Assembly: GCA_964016885.1 (NCBI GenBank)
Contig: OZ024743.1
Span: 344,472,001-344,536,000 of the forward strand
Direction: 5' to 3'
DNA: 64,000 nt
Source: Eledone cirrhosa
Lineage: Eukaryota
Both the position numbers and the translations under genes were made by a program. Below the pieces are notes generated by a model. It searched no databases and was not told where the DNA came from. It was given only the letters and a program-made list of their open reading frames with translations. Numbering within the stretch: the first letter of the stretch is position 1; every line of letters begins with the position of its first letter. Below, piece after piece: positions 62,466 to 64,000 of this stretch.

Positions 62466-64000
62466 GTCTCTGAACGATACGCCACGGCTGTTTACGCTGC
62501 ATAAGTTTTGTTTGTGTATATTGGTTTTTTATTTTATATTGTTGTTACAAAGGTAGCATAATGCTTCAGTCTTTGCCATGAAGAAGGGACTCCCCATATT
62601 ATTTGAACCTTGGGCCCAAATATATGAACTTTACATTTGAAATTGTGCTATATTTTTTTTGTAAAATAAAAAAAAATGTATGTTATACTACCGTCAAACA
62701 CCTGCCAAGGAGGGAGCATTCTCGAACAAACCGTGCATCCTGAAAGAAATACGCACGGCGCACTGAAGAAAAACAACAACAATGTCACCACCAACACCAT
62801 TACAGACATCATCAACAAGGCCACCATCGCCAGCAAAGCAGCAGCAGTGGCGGCAAAAATGGCAGTGGTGACAGCAGCAGCGACAACGATGAGAACGATG
62901 GAAGCAACAGCAGAAGTAACGACAGCAACAGCAACAACTCCAACAATGACAACACAAATAACAACAAAAGCGATAACGCCACCACAAAAAAACAACAACG
63001 TGAACAACGACAACACTAACAGCAGCAATAACAACGTGAACCATCATAAGATTACTTTTGCAGCCGCATCTACAAAAGCTCAAACTTTATACAGCTTTGA
63101 CTTGACTGAAAAGAAAGAACGTGAGGTTCAGGCTGAAAAAAAAAATCATCACCAGGGATAAAACCTGGGCCACCTTAAACGTTTCCGCAGAAATGATGGC
63201 AGCGACGGGGAGAAGAACATTAAAGTATAAATTCATGTCGGTGCAATCTGACAAGGCCGAGATAGCCTCCCAAGGACAAGTAGAGAAGTAGAGGCTTCAC
63301 TGAAGTGTCTCATTAACGACACTGAGTACATAGCAAGAACCAAACAATTCGGGAGCATCTCGGTTCTCTTCAAAACTGAGGTACTTGATATCAAGCATTC
63401 GGTGGTCCCTTGTAAGTCGGACGAAATAGTGATGTACTCATCCTCCATGGGGAGGAGGACAGTAACGGCCCGTGGTTCCCCGGACCTATGGTGGCTGCTG
63501 AGATTTGTGGTGGCAGAGGGTTCAGACACACTCCTCTATGTGAAATTTACAAAGAGGGAGATTTGGTCCGGGACTGGTTTGGGGATTCATCTTCAAACCA
63601 GACCAGAGGACATTAAAAATATCCCGGATCACGTCAACCTACCGGACGGGTACTAAATTCAAGTGATCACTGAGGGCAAATGGCCGCACTGTTTCGTTTG
63701 AGGTGAAGCCACACACTTGGGAGCCTTTTGCCCCAGCTGAAAACTGCAGGGAGGGTGTATGTGTGTGCAAAACTCCGTTGCTGCCAACACCGGTGCCGGG
63801 TCTACGTAAGCAATAACACTCGCACCGACAGCAGCAGCAACAGCAGAAGCAACATCACCACAAGCAGCAGCTAAACCACCACTAAATACACACATCAACC
63901 CGAGTGAAAGACGAGGTAAGCTCTCCCAATCCATCTCCCTCTTCTCAAAACATACACATACACTCTCACTCACATAGTCACACACAACACCAATCTGAGT
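62466..64000 (+). mobile_element. Decayed 5' part (ORF1) of another Tx1-like family (F), running off the window
   Basis: KITFAAA, KQFGSISVLFK, SMGRRT, LWWLL, WSGTGL..QTRPE..IPD, EGKWPHCFV*GEATHLGAFCP all align with the array ORF1s. Many stops; 5' boundary approximate. Confidence 0.82.

Overview
Repeat-saturated eukaryotic (animal) DNA with no recognisable host gene. The SINEs and microsatellite load suggest an octopus or other cephalopod (inference). The core is a ~30 kb unidirectional head-to-tail array (9616-39919) of Tx1-like (L1-clade) non-LTR retrotransposons: five full-length copies from four families plus three 3' stubs, separated by (TATC)n. In all five copies a 5' splice-donor consensus lies at the ORF1 stop and a YAG|G acceptor-like site lies at the end of ORF2. 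Joining them deletes ORF2 and, in three of four families, immediately recreates an ORF1 stop, which suggests an 'ORF2-as-intron' expression switch (untested inference). Back-to-back on the minus strand is a (TATG)n-flanked R4/Dong-like retrotransposon cluster (4418-9558). The flanks hold Penelope-like elements (two GIY-YIG frames missed or truncated by the ORF track, and a 2.8 kb inverted-repeat element), eight hammerhead-ribozyme motifs with palindromic or near-palindromic stem III, fold-back remnants, CR1 and RTE fragments, tRNA-derived SINEs and long microsatellites. Family letters (A-F) are my labels. All alignments and folds were done by eye.
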